DNA of 64,000 nt from Callorhinchus milii (taxonomy: Eukaryota): NCBI RefSeq assembly GCF_018977255.1, contig NW_024704742.1:112904001-112968000 (forward strand), written 5' to 3'. Shown piece by piece: positions 12,774 to 26,105 of the stretch. Positions within the stretch are counted from its first letter, which is position 1, and the number at the start of each line of letters is the position of its first letter. The notes beneath the pieces are model-generated. The model made no database searches and was not told the DNA's origin. It saw nothing but the letters and a program-made list of their open reading frames with translations. The position numbers were made by a program, and so were the translations under genes.

Positions 12774-13195
12774 ATAATAATAATAATCTTTGCATTTTGA
12801 CACAGTGCCTTATCACATTATGAAGATGTTTCAAAGTGCTTCAAAGGATATCTGTAAAGTGGTTTGACTGTGTATTCGGTGGGCAAAATGTGGCAGCCAG
12901 TTTGGGTAGAGCAATGTCCCACAAACAGCGAAAGGACCAATTTTATTTGGTGGATAGTTGGCCAGGAGAAACTCACTTCTCTTTCAAATAGTGCCATGGG
13001 ATCTTAAACATCCACCTGAACGGCCCTTGGTTTAACATCTCAGCTGAAAGAGTGCATCTCTGACAATGTAACATCCCCCCAGCATTGCATTGGAGTGTCA
13101 TCTTAGACTATATGATTCAGAGTCCCCTACGTGGGGCTTGAACCCAAAACCTTCTGACTCAGAGACAAGAGTAGGCTGACTGAGCCAGGCTGACA
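12774..13195 (-). mobile_element. Old SacSINE1-like tRNA-derived Deu-SINE, near full length
   Basis: TGTCAGCCTGGCTCAGTC..TCTGAGTCAGAAGGTTTTGGGTTCAAG head; Deu-like AAGATCCCATGGCACTATTTGAAAGAG; ATT tail. Confidence 0.82.
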
Positions 13196-13817
13196 CACAA
13201 GGAATCTTTATAAGTCCACTCGGACAGTGGTTAAATTCCCTTTGCTGTACTGTATTCTAATGTTAAAATGCCAGTTGCAGTTTGAAAGAGTATTTGAGAT
13301 GCATAAGGATTTCAATTAATGCATTGATCCACATGATTCCAATTGGTAAAAATATTTTCACACTGCAGTTTGTAAGATTATTTACAGTAAAGAGAAACCA
13401 CAAACTTCTGGAATTTGAAAGTACAGTATGTGAATATTTTTAAGTTTCAAATGTTTGAATTGGAAATTGAAACAAATCCGGATTTTGAACATGGTATTTT
13501 AGACCCCAACATCAGCAACAGGTGTAATACTAACACAAAACCACACTCTATTCATAACATTGCTCTTATGGGATAACAATTTCATTATATCGAGTGCTAC
13601 AGGAAACTAAATGTTTGCACCAGTGTGTTGAAACAAATGAGGCTTGAAATTCCACCCAGTCTTAGCCTCTAAAACAATTTTGTGTTAAATTTTAAGGCAC
13701 ACAGAATTGTGGAAAATTGTTAAATTCAATCAAAATTTGGAAGATGATTATTGGCAGTTCTTAAAAGTAAAAACACTTTACAGATTACAGATTAAGGCTG
13801 AATTGAATAATGATACC

Positions 13818-13871
13818 GAGCCTTGAATTAGAAATATGTAAACTGAGCCTTGAATTAGAAATATGTAAACT
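13818..13871. repeat. Perfect 27-bp tandem duplication
   Basis: GAGCCTTGAATTAGAAATATGTAAACT x2. Confidence 0.95.
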
Positions 13872-15009
13872 GTTTGTTTATCCTTCTGGGCTTGTTGTCT
13901 TTATCCCAAATCTCCTTTTACCGTTTTGCCAGTATCATTTTGCATCCAAAAATTACACATACTGCATCTGGATTAATAGACTTTCACCTAAGAAAGACTG
14001 AATTGGCTTTAGGTACATTAACACTAATGAACAGGCATATAGTGAGTATAGTGAGTTCATGCAATTTCTCAGTTATTTGTACGAGGGCTTGATGCCCATT
14101 TTTAATGAATAGTGGAAACTCAGGCCCTCCAGTTACCAGATATTAGATGAGAATACAGTCATTATGAAACTGCAGGATGTTCTATTTAGAAACCAAGTGG
14201 ACAAAACATCTGTGCGCACAGTATTTTACTAGACCATCAGGCACAGTAAGCAATACTAATAGTATCAGATACCCTCTATTAGAGTTTAAGGAACTGAACA
14301 ACACTCCCACACTTTGCCACGGTGTAGTTAAAAAAGGATCATTATAAAATAGATGATTCTTTCATCGTGGATACAGATGATCATTAGTCAGTGAACAGGA
14401 ACCACTGTTAGAGAAACCTGCAGTGAGAATGTAGAACAGCACCACATGTGTAAAGAGAGGAAAATATGTTTCTGTGTACGGAGAAAATATCCGTTAATGA
14501 CACTTGTGCACCCTCAATATCTAAATTTGGGAAAATGCATCTATCTATGTGATCAACTGCACCGAATTTGAGTCACTTTAGGTATAGTATTTACTTTGAT
14601 CCTCCATTAGTGTTTGTCAGTCTGATGTCTTCCTAAATCCTAGGAATGTAGCTTTAAATATTGGGGAAATTAATTAATTGAGGATGTAAGGTTGAAAAAG
14701 AATCACAATCACAGATGATTTTCCATTGAGATAGACATAGAAATCAACCATACTTTTTGTGTATATAGCGCCCTTCATGTGGGATAATGTCCTTTGCAAT
14801 GGTGGGATAAGAAGCCAAGCAGGGGAGAGGGAGAAAGCAAGGTGGTCACAGATGTGGTTGAAGAAGCAGGTTTTAAATTATACAATATCATATCAAAGTT
14901 AAATATCATTGTTATTTTTGATATGATAGTTTGGAACATAATGTGGGGAAGGAGAATACAAGAGTTGGGAAGTCTTGCTGCAACTGTATAGGTCCTTAGT
15001 GAGATCGAA

Positions 15010-15570
15010 CCTAGAATATTATGTGCAGTTTTGGTCTCCTTAGTTAAGAAACGACATACTCGCCTTAGAGGGGGTGCAGCGTAGATTCACTAGGTTAGTT
15101 CCTGGGATGAGGGGCTTCACCTATGAGGATAGGTTGAGTAAACTAGGCCTATATTCTCTAGAATATAGAAGAATTAAGAGTGATCTTATAGAAACATATA
15201 AGATTCTTATGGGCTTGACAGAGTAGACAGTTGAGACTGTTTCCCCAGGTAGGAGAATCTATAACTAGGGGTCACAGTCTTAAGATTAAGCGTCAGTCCT
15301 ATCGAACAGAGTTGAGGAAACACTTCTTCACTCAGAGGGTAGTGAATTTATGGAATTCTCTACCCCAGAAGTCTGTAGATGCTTAGTCCTTGATCATATT
15401 CAAGACCGAGATTGATGGATTTCTGAAGCATAGAGGGATTAAGAGATATAAGGATAAGGCGGGCAAATGGAGTTAGGTTAGAAGATCAGCCATGATCTTA
15501 TTGAATGTCGGGGGCAGGCTCGAGGGGCTGAATGGCCAACTCCTGCTCCTAATTCCTATGTTTCTATGTT
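15010..15570 (+). mobile_element. CR1 LINE 3' fragment
   Basis: Encodes LEGVQRRFTRLVPGMRG..YEDRLSKLGLYSLEYRR; CR1 3'UTR with TTCCTATG-type terminus; similar to 34723-35300. Confidence 0.9.
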
Positions 15571-15608
15571 CAAAACTATAGAGTCCTTGTACAAAGGAAA
15601 ATGGATAA

Positions 15609-17320
15609 AACAACATCAAAATTACATTTGTATAGTGTCTTTCACATCGGGAGTATGTACCAAGGTGTTGGACAATCTGTTTTGCACCCGAGCTGGGGTC
15701 GGGATTGAGGAGGGTGGAGGGCAGGGGGTGAAGGAGGGTGAACGAAGGCACGGTTGAAGATGGTAGCTCTTGAGTTGGATCGAAGGAGGCAAGGGAGGAG
15801 GCAAGGCAGAGGAACTGCGGTATGGAGTTCCAGAGGGTGGGGGCAGAGTAGCTGAAGGCCTGCCCTCCAATGGTGGGGCAAGCAAGCTGGGAGACATGAA
15901 GCAGTCCAGATTCCGCTAAGCGGAGGGAGCGGGCAGGTTAGTAGGTGGTTAGGAGGCCGCAGAGCTAAAGGGTAGAACGGTCATGGAGGGCTTTGAAAGT
16001 GAGGATCTTGAACTATATCCTCTGTGTGATGGGAAGCCTGTGGAGTCGGGCAAAGATGGGGGTGATAGGTTCACAGAGCCTGATGCGGGAGAGGACACGT
16101 ACTGCAGAACTCTGGAAGATTTGCAACCTATGGAGGAAGGAGTCAGGGAGGCCGACAAGTAGGGAGTTTGCATAGTCAAGCCTGAAAGTTATGAATGCGT
16201 ATATGAGGGTTTCGGCAGCCTGCGATGTGAGACAGAGGCGGAGCTGGGCAATGTTGCGGAAATGGGATAAGGTATAGCAAATCATGCCATGGATGTGGGT
16301 TAGAAAGGATAGTTGAGTGTCAAACAAGATGCCAAGGTTCTGGACTGGCTCACTGAGATGGAATGTGGATCCTTGGATGGTGATGCTGTCAGCTCCTGAG
16401 GTGTGGAGGTGCTGACGGGAGCCAATCAGGAGGACTTTAGTCTTGTTGACGTGCAACTAAAGAAAGTTAGCTCTCATCCAGGACTTGATGTCTGACAGAC
16501 ATTCTGTCAGGACAGTAGAAGTTCTGGAGTCAAGGGTGGAGGCAAAGAGATAGAGTTGGGTGTTATCCGCATACATGTGGAAGTTGACCCCACGTCTCCA
16601 GATGATGTTACCAAGAGGGAGCAAATAGATTTTGAAGAGAAGGGGACCAAGGACAGAGCCTGAGGAACATAGCACAAGATGTTGCGGGGGCTAGAAGAGA
16701 AACAATTTGTGGAGATGAAGTGGAGACTGTGTGAGAGAAGGATCTGAACCATTCAAGGACAGAACCATGAAAGTTGAGTTGAGAGTAGAGGGGGTTTAGG
16801 AGGATAAGAGTGGTCAACGGTATCGAAGGCAGCAGAGAAGTCAAGGAGCACGAGGAGGCTGAGGGAGCCCTGGTCACAGATGAACAAAATATCATTTGTC
16901 ACTTTGACCAAAGCTGTTTCTGTGCTGTGGGCAGCATGGAAACCTGATTGAAGGGGTTTGTGAAGGGAATGCCAGGAGAGGAAGGAGCGAAGCTGGGAAG
17001 CAACGACTCATTCAAGGACCTTGGAAAGGAAAGGGAATTTGGAGATGAGGCTGTTGTTTGAGAGCATGGATGAATCCAGGGAAGGTTTTTTAAGGATAGG
17101 AGTGATGACGGCTGTTTTTAAATGGGTGGGAAGGTACCAATGGAGAGGGAGAGGTCTTTGATGTCTGTGAGTAGAGGGGCAAGGAGGTAAGGAGAGGGGT
17201 AGGGATAGGACAAGGGAGCAGGTGGTCGGTTTCATGTGGGTTATAGTGGTGGTGAGAGAGAAATGGGAGACAGGTTTGAAGGTGTGAAGGGAGGGATGGG
17301 TAGGGGCTGGGGTGTGAGCT
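15609..17320 (-). mobile_element. Degenerate L2 LINE (RT and 3' end)
   Basis: Frameshifted fragments [52 protein letters not shown]. Confidence 0.9.
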
Positions 17321-18117
17321 GTGTGACAATCCAATCAATGACGCATAACTGGCTGAACATCGTTACATCAAAAGTTTTAAAACAGCTTTTGAAAAAAATT
17401 AGTTTTAAATGGACTGGTAAGATGGAATGGTTTGATTTGAAAGTATACTGAATAGAAAACACAACTCTCATTTGAGATATTTTTAAAGGTTGAGAAAAAC
17501 TGATCTGACCTCCTCGCTTGGTCTGACCGTTTGTAGGTCAGTGGAGTGTCTGATACATTCAAAGACTCATCACCGTGGTTAACAGCATCCAAACCAACCT
17601 GAGAGTTGTGAGCAGTCTGATTGTAGTTAAAGATTCCTGACAAGGTGCAAAGTGCAACTAAGGGCCAGAGAGCAAAATAGAAGCCTAGACTATGAAATTA
17701 AATGGGGCTACAGAGCTTGAACCTGCCTCCATCTGACCCAGAGAGCTACTAATTAAGAGAGGCTATTTTGCAAATATTGCATTTTAGATCTCAATGTATA
17801 AATCATAGCAAAGTAACAGATTTTGTATTGATCAACTGTGAGTTTGACTTGAAATGAAATCCTTTGCAGTGCTTCAGCTAATGAGAACTCAGAGAAAGTA
17901 AGTCTTTGTTTGCCAATTCTGGAGTGCGTAATATCTCGGCTGCACTTTCTATTCACCAAGATTGTCATCATGAAGCTAGTTTCACTCTGCAGAGAAATCG
18001 CTTACATTGCCTCCAAAGAGGAGAGAATATAGAAATAATTATTTATAGACTTTCTTCAAGAGAGATGTTATTGCCTTTTCTATGCTGCATGAAGAATCGC
18101 TCGAGAGAATGAAAAGT

Positions 18118-18684
18118 AATAATAAATAATAATCCTTGCAATTCATTTGGTGCCTTCTACGTTGGAAGGGTGTCTCAAAATGCTTCACAGTAGCATTTGC
18201 ACTTACTGTAAAATGTACTGTTTTGCCTACAAATATACAGTCAATTCACTTTACAGTATATTCTGTGAATCGCTTTGAGACATGTAGAAGAAGTGAAAAA
18301 CACTATATCAAATGCAAGGATTATTATTACTGTAGACTGTATGTATGGGTAAATATGGCAGCCAATTTGCACATACAGTAATTTCTCACGAACAGCCATG
18401 AAGTACCGGATTTTATCTGGAGATTGGTAGGCAGGACAACCGGAAAAAGCTTCCTTCTCGTTTCACATATTGCCATTGGATCTTTAACATCCACCTGAAT
18501 GTTATGTTGGTTTAACATTGTATCTGAAGAATGGTACCTTCAACAATGCAGCATGCTCCTAGCACTGCATTAGACTGTCAGCCTGGACAGTGAGTTCAAA
18601 GTCCCAATATAGGGCATGAACCCACAATGTTCCATAATGTTTGTCTCAGAGGCGAGAGTCCTACGAACCAAATCAAACTGACAG
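18118..18684 (-). mobile_element. Old Deu-SINE containing an inverted 3' fragment of the tRNA-Ala SINE (18222-18327, +)
   Basis: Deu-SINE head near 18684 and tail at 18118; nested fragment flanked by TACTGT at 18216-18221 and 18328-18333. Confidence 0.75.
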
Positions 18685-19037
18685 TGAGGTAGGTCATGTT
18701 TATTAGTTTGTCCCCAAATCGTGGACATTACTTTTGCTGCTTATGGAGTCCAGCATCTCATTGCTACTGTGGAAGATACTAGCCTGGCTGACTGACAAAG
18801 ATCAATTACTGGGGTGGCAACCACAATACCAGCAATTGGAGGCTCCAACCGTGAGTGAGAGGAAGAGGGCCTCACACCCAAACTAGTCAATAATTAAAGA
18901 CTATTGTGGACCACAAATTTCAGTACTATCACATCAGCATGGAATCAAAGAATCATAGAAATTTACAACATAAAAGAAGGCCATTTACCCCATCCTGTCT
19001 GTGTTGGCTCTTTGAAACAGCAATCCAGTTGGTCCCA

Positions 19038-19134
19038 AATAAAAACAGAAGTCACTGGGATTATGCAGCAGGTCAGGTAGCATCTATGGAGAGAAGAAAG
19101 TGAGTTGATGTTTCAGGTCAATGACCTTTTGTCA
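19038..19134 (-). mobile_element. ~100-nt Penelope-type repeat with a decayed minimal hammerhead ribozyme
   Basis: Minus strand reads CTGACAA-A-AGGTC-ATT-GACCT-GAAAC-ATC-AACT; flanked by GTCCCA at 19032-19037 and 19135-19140. Confidence 0.7.
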
Positions 19135-19433
19135 GTCCCATTTACCTGACAACTCCTGCAAATTTAATGTTTCACATTTTTCATCCCATTATTTTGTTTC
19201 CTCATTTACCCACTGACAGATGTTTGTGACCAATAGGAATAGTCTAATGCATTATGCACTGCCAGATTTTCATGCAGTATACATCCACTCAGATTAATAA
19301 CTGGGGAGTTAACTGAAGCACACAGCATTTAATCTGAGTATGCAGAAATGCACTCTAAAATATTCACTTAGATGCATAACAAGGGATTTAGTCTTATTAA
19401 TACATGCCTGTCTATTCTGCCAATAGAAAAATA

Positions 19434-19537
19434 TGTTCTGATGAAGGGTCGTGAACCCAAAACGTTGACTCACTTTCCTTTCTCCATAGATGCTGCCTGA
19501 CCTGCTGATTTTTCCCAGCTCTCTCTGTTTTTGTTTC
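19434..19537 (+). mobile_element. ~100-nt Penelope-type repeat with a decayed minimal hammerhead ribozyme
   Basis: CTGATGA-A-GGGT-CGTGA-ACCC-AAAAC-GTT-GACT; flanked by AGAAAAATA at 19425-19433 and 19538-19546. Confidence 0.72.
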
Positions 19538-22284
19538 AGAAAAATAAGTTTTTTTTTGTAACATAAGGGTGTACTATTAGTAAAAATATACATATTGCAT
19601 CAATTTTGTTGCTCAAGCTTTATAAAAAAGTGCCGATTATTTTTGTCAGTTTTGAACAAATATGAAAATGTTGACCATTGGGAAATACAAACTGTCACCG
19701 GCATTAATAAAGACTGAACAATATGTGATTAAAACAACAAATAAATATATAGATAATTTGCGGTGTTCTTTATTTAATGCTGGCATAAATTACCATCCAC
19801 TGGGTGGCAGGACATTCCTCCGGGTAAGTCATTGCTTCCTTTTCAGGTCTTAACACCTGCCAATCGGACTGAATCTGAGGCAGGCATTTTTTATCACATA
19901 AATTTATGGACCATACTTTGGAATCTAATTTATTTTTGATTGATATGTATTATCAATTGTTGATATGTGGAGAAAATGCATACTTTCCATTTAACTCCTC
20001 AGCTCCTCTACTAAGCACTCCTGGCGTGAACGGCACTATATCAAATGCAAGGATTATTATTATAATTTTTTTTTATCAATCGAGCAGTAAGGCTAAACCC
20101 AAAACCTCTGGACCATTCAGCAATAGTCAATTTTTAGCCAAATCATGCTTTCCTCTCCTGGAGTGTAAGCCTAAACTATGAGCTTCAGTGCCTGATGCAG
20201 GGCTTGAATCCATAATCTTGTTCACCAGAGGCAAAAGTTTTACCAACTGAGCTAAGCTTTTAAATAATAAACTTGTATTTAATGTAGAATATTGATTTGT
20301 AGGCAAATGCAGCCGTTAATCTGTGCCAGGATTGTCCCATAAACAATATCTAGATAAGTAACAAAATTGGATACATAAAGGGAAGCATGATTAAATTATT
20401 TGATTATAATGTTATGCTAAACAGATTTCACATGCACTCTTAAAAAAGAGCAAATTTATAAAACAGAACAGAGAATATGAAGGAAAAATCTAAAAAAAAG
20501 TCTCAACCTGGAGATCAAATTGACAAATGTACAAGGTCAAATGAATAATTCATTAGGCTCCAATACTGAACTGAAGCCTCGTTTTATATCCGTTGTGATA
20601 AACAGGCAGGATGTTGATTCATGCTTTTTATCAACAAGAATTTTACATGGTTGAAATTCTGATCACCATCGAAGCCAGTTAGTCTTTGGAATCCGGTGTT
20701 CCTTCTCTGTAGTCCAGACGCATAGGAGTAGATATTTGGAGTGTCAGTACATTTACCATCAATTTATTGCCAAGCAGAATATGTCAATCAAAATGTTAGG
20801 GTACTTTGAGCAGTATAAATGCCACTGTGTATTCTGATGAAGGTTAAGTATAATGGCAAGCAAGTGAATTGAGGAAAACAATTTGTCCAATTATGGAAGT
20901 GTGTGTGGTGGGAGTACATCCAATGAATTTAAATAATGCTGTATGTTCTAGTCTTTGAAATCACATTCAATACTATAAATCAGATTGAAACCATACTTTC
21001 AGCATGCATACAGAGTAAAGTTAGCATTTCCAGAACATGTTGTATTTCCCATTGCTTAAAAAACAATCTGAAGACTGGAATTACAGAGTTTCGGGGTATA
21101 ATGGCTGAAAGGATGGCCACCGATGATGGAGCGGAGGGGACGAGGGACACCTCCACACTTAGATTAAGGGTAACTTGAGCTACAGAAACTTTTCTAAGTG
21201 TTCAATGCAATGGAAACTAAGCAGAATTATTGGAGCAAAGTGCTTTGGATTTAACTGAGACACTGGTGAAAAATTTTGTAAATTTTAATGTTTTATAAAC
21301 GAGGCTCTTTTGCGATATATATCTGGTTATATCAGCTACATTCTTACCTGATAAAGGTGAAGAGTCACATTCTTTGGCATCTTGACTAATAAAAAGGGAA
21401 AAAAGTCCAAAAATTTCAGTCCAGTCTGAAGAAAAGGCAAATGCAGAATATTTATTTTTGATGTGTTATTTGGATTATCTTATTATTCAGCCATCTTTAT
21501 TCTGCATGTTTCTAACGTGGAATTCCAATTGCAGCCCTTTCATACTACCTTATACCATCTCAAGTGGATTCACAGTCAGAACTTCTATGGTTGTACATCA
21601 TGGAGACCCTTGTACGCGGTGAAAGAAATGGATTAAAGTTAAAGAAAACATTATATATTTACTATACATCACTAACATTTCCATTTTAAAGACAAGATTT
21701 ATTATTAATTGAAACTATACTTTTCATTGAACAGTATAACTGTTGTTAGGAGGAGCCATTGTCTACAATCCCATGACTGTTAATTAGTAGAATGCTAGTT
21801 CACAACTCCTCTATTAAAAAATAAAATGAACCTCGTATGTCAAATCTCAACTCCTGATTGACTAGAAAGTGACATGATGATTCATTTTTAATGATATTCC
21901 TCAAATATTTCATTAAAAGATGTTTCTGGTGAATTTCATGCTCAACAAGGTGAGGGTGAAAGTGTAGGAGAATGGATTATGGAGCATATTGTTAAAAGAA
22001 TAATGCAGAGTACTTATTTGTAAATAAAAGGTAAAAACCCGCATCTGTTTTTTTCTATTTACACATTCCACTCTCGTAATTATAATCACTCAGTAGGCCT
22101 CCAGTAAACGATGACAAGAGAAATTGGGTCTATTCATTTCATCTCATGGCATCAGAACACCTAACTTGATAATAATTATAATAATAATTCTTGCATTGGA
22201 TATAGCACCTTATCAGCACTCTAAGACTCTACTCTGGGTGGAGGGCATTATATAGGTGCAAGTTGTTGTTGTTATTATGCTGTT

Positions 22285-22555
22285 GAGACGTCTCAAGGAA
22301 TATACTGTAAAGTGAATTGACTGTGTATTTTGTGGGTGAAATGCAGGAGCCAATCGTACATAGCAGTGACCCACGAACAGTCGTGGATTGAGTGACCAAA
22401 TTATTATTGTTTTAAAATAAATTAGTGGATTATTATCCCAGGAAAAGTGATCGGCCAATTCACTAAGATCCTGGTTCCTATTGACTGCTGGTAAACAGAG
22501 GCCTGTGGGGTAGGAAACTTGGCTGAGGTTTTGGCTGCTGGGAATCAAACCAGTA
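22285..22555 (-). mobile_element. Long-form tRNA-Ala SINE, partial
   Basis: Central block GCCTCTGTTTACCAGCAGTCAATAGGAACCAGG plus Deu-like 3' part. Confidence 0.7.
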
Positions 22556-22853
22556 ACCACATTTTTGGGGGGTTATTGCCTGGGACAATAGAAAAATGCG
22601 GCTGCACTTTGTGTGTTGATTGTGATTGTGTGTTTTTGTTAAAGAAGCAATTAATTTTTTTGCAACAACCAATGAGGAAATGTTATTTCCTCATGTTTAG
22701 TTTTTATCAATAAAGTGAAAAAAAATGTAGGTTGGGAGTAAAATGTACCTCTATAGCACCAATCAACTCCCCGCAATTCTAAGCAAAGATTTCCCTGCAA
22801 TTTTCCAAACTCCTCACAAATATTCACGTACTTTTCTATTGGCTCAGGTTATT

Positions 22854-23164
22854 ATAACAATAATAATAATAATAATCCTTGCACTTGTTATAGCGCTTTT
22901 CACGTCTTCTAGACATCTCAAAGAGCTTCACAGAACATGCTGTAAGGTGAATTGACTATATTTGTGGGCAAAACGCGCAGCCAATTGCGCACAGGAGTGT
23001 CCCACAAACAGTCGTGGATTGAAAATGACCAATTTTTTTTTGAGGGATTATTATTAGGCGTATGGAGTAAGGAAACTTGCCCAAGGTTTCGCCCTGCCTG
23101 GAATTGAACCCAGGTGTCTCGCTTGCAAGTCAAGCGCTCTAACCACTGAGCTACAAGGACTCCA
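22854..23164 (-). mobile_element. tRNA-Ala SINE, short form (TAGAA-loop variant)
   Basis: Full head to ATT tail. Confidence 0.9.
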
Positions 23165-23174
23165 CAAAGACCCA

Positions 23175-23354
23175 GAAATTACCTCCAGAAAGAAATCTGA
23201 CAATTGACTAACAACCAGGTTCCTATTTACTGCTAGGCAAACAGAGGTTTGTGGAGTAGGGAAATTTACCTAAGATTTTGCCCTGCCCAGGAATCAAACA
23301 CGAATCCTCTCACTTGCGAGTCGAGTGTGATAACTACTACGCTACAGGACTCCA
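23175..23354 (-). mobile_element. 5' half of a long-form tRNA-Ala SINE
   Basis: GGAGTCCTGTAGC head and central block CCTCTGTTTGCCTAGCAGTAAATAGGAACCTGG. Confidence 0.75.
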
Positions 23355-25849
23355 TGAATATGGTTCCATAATAACATCAAGCTGTTTCGTGAATTATTTC
23401 AGTGTCCTGGATAACTCATTCCAGTTTTTGATTATCCTTCATGTAAAGAAGTGCTTTCCAGTGTCTGCCTTAACCCTGCTCTAACTCTGAGCCAGTGTTC
23501 TCTTGACCTGCTGCCTTGGCACATCTGAAAGTTTTTTTATCAGGTCAGACCTTTGCTCTATTTCATCTTGGGATTTTTTATTAAAAAAAACTCGTATACT
23601 GAACTCTAATAATTCCTTCTGAAATTCCATACAACTTGTGTCCATTAGTTTATTTATCAACTGATTTATAATCTCAAAACATTTCCAACAGAATAGGAAG
23701 AAATGCTCTATTGCTTCTAAAGGACACAGACTACACTTTGCTCTTTAAATTAAATTGATAATATACTTCATAAAATATCAGGTTATATTTTATAGAATAT
23801 CTTTAAAGAATATCAGGTTACACTGATCCTGTAAACGCCTCAAGTTCCCTTTCAAATTTCATCCACAGTCAATAACAACTTGCATTTACACAGTTGTCAG
23901 TTCAGTTTACAGTATATCCTGTGACACTCTTTGACAGAACATTAACAGTTAAACAGTGAGTTCATTTTTTAGTCATGTTAGAAATTCCATTGGATATTTT
24001 AATTGCATAAATAATTTGCAGTTGCGTCATCAAAACATTAATTATATCTTAAGCTGCTTATTTATGGCCCGGCAATTTTTTACTCTGCCAATTCAGTCCC
24101 TTCTCTCTGCTTTAATATAAACACTCTATCACAGGTTGAATTTGGCATTAACATTCTCAAAGCTCATGTTAGGAGGACCAGATGCGTAACTTGGAAAGAA
24201 CATTTAACATTCCTTCAAGTATAGAACATTACTTCTTTTTCCCCCTATCCATACAAATATGTCACTTCAAGGCGAATCCTGCAGGTGCATATTCCATTAC
24301 CATTGTAACCCTACTGTGCCCAGTAACAAAGCATCAAGACAGTAAAACAAGACATAGGATTAGAGTTACAAAGGGACTTTCAGGACAAGTACCAGTAAGT
24401 TTTCTTTACCTAGAATGTAACTAATGACTAGAAGGGGTTGCCAGGAAGAGTGGTTGAGGCCACTGGGCTCATTCAAAATTCAGGTTGATGCTGTGATGGG
24501 AGGATTGAAGGGTATATATTCTGGAGGGACATAACCAAATGGGCTAAAAGGCTTTCTTCATCCAAACCAATCTTGTAATCTTGAGTACTAGACTTTTTCA
24601 CATCCTACATCACAAAAACAGCCCTAAGGGTTGGAAGAGTTTCATTCCCTTCCAAAACTCCTATGCCGTAAGATACTGCATCTACTGGCCTGTATGACCT
24701 GGAGGACATCTAGAAATTTAGGGATGGGATACCACATACAGTAGCAAGAAAAAACTCAGTCATGCTCTGTATGAAGTAGTTTGCAGGAAGTCAGAATCGG
24801 AAATATTATATCTGAGGGTTGCGGTGAAGGGAAGAAGTGATGGGATAAAATCAAATATATCAATACATTAATAAATCTAGCATTTTAAAGATAAATGTTT
24901 TGAATATTTTGCACTTTAATCTGATATGGCCTCAAAATGCTTAAGAATTTAATTTTATGTTAAAATTACTTTTGTTTGCTATCAACAAACTATATCTGCC
25001 ACATGAAAATAAAAACCTAAATTATGTATTTGACAATAAGAATTTCTTTTTAGACTGTCTGTTAATATAATAATAATAATGTCAAGAAGCTAGTGTGATG
25101 TGCACATAATGCTTGATGATTCTTGTGAGTGTGAGCCTGGCTCAGTTGGTTGGTAAGCCTGTTCTTCCCTCTCTGTCTGATGAAAACCCTATTCATGGAT
25201 GTATTGTGCTAGCAGCCCATGCAGTTATTACCCCACTTGGAGTGCTTTTAGGAGTGAGTGAGTTCTAAATTAGAATAAGCTTTGGGTAGTCTGTGAACAG
25301 AGCAGGCTGATGGTCCAAACAGTTTTTTCTCATCCCATTTTCTCTTATGCTGCCTCCCTGATAGAACTGAGTGGGATGGGTAGATTGTATAAAAGGACAA
25401 ATTGTATATAATCTGTGCAGAAAATGGGCTTGCCAGAATGTGTGACCTTTCTCCATTCATTATTTTTAATGTTGTTATTGAACAGACTCCATGGATTCCA
25501 CATAATTGCTTGTCCAAACATCTATTCTTGTTCAGTTTGGTGCATTAATGATAATGTGCAAATCAAAGAAAAAGCTACAGTAGAAAATGGAAAGCTAATA
25601 CATTGCTTATCATAATTATTTGAACTCTTTATAAGCAAAAATTAATTTGGGACACAGAAGTGCATACAAACCTTTTACTTGCTCCATTCCTTTGCTGCAA
25701 ATCATAATAAATCTTCTGCTAGTTTCTTTCACCATACTTCCATGCCAATTAACATAGCAGCAATGACAACTTGCATTTGTATCGTGCCCTTCTGATATAG
25801 TCTCAGAGGGCTGCACATTGGTGGGGTTGGAGGCTGAGCAATGAAGTGC

Positions 25850-26105
25850 GATCAAAGAGATAGGTCTTCAGGTGGATTTAAAGTTAGATGAAGAGGGGTG
25901 ATGTACAGGGATTGATGTAGGGGTTCCAGAGATTAGGGGCATGGTGGGTGAATGCATGGCCACTGGCAATAGAGGTACGGAAGGATTGGGAATGAGCAGC
26001 AGGCCTGTGGTAGCTAAGGAGTGGGGAGGAGCAGGTCAGAGAGGTTGGGAGGTATAGGGAGGCACTAGGATGTGAAGGAAGGGTGAGGATCTTGAAGTTG
26101 AAAAG
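25850..26105 (-). mobile_element. Old L2 3' ORF fragment
   Basis: FKILTL..GHAFTHHAPNLWN. Confidence 0.65.

Noticed and set aside
19032..19546. Single MITE or DNA transposon with ~100-bp terminal inverted repeats
   Set aside because: Each arm has its own flanking direct repeat, and the outer flanks share none
21101..21178. Short GC-rich ORF MAERMATDDGAEGTRDTSTLRLR with a possible donor
   Set aside because: No recognisable homology, acceptor or promoter support
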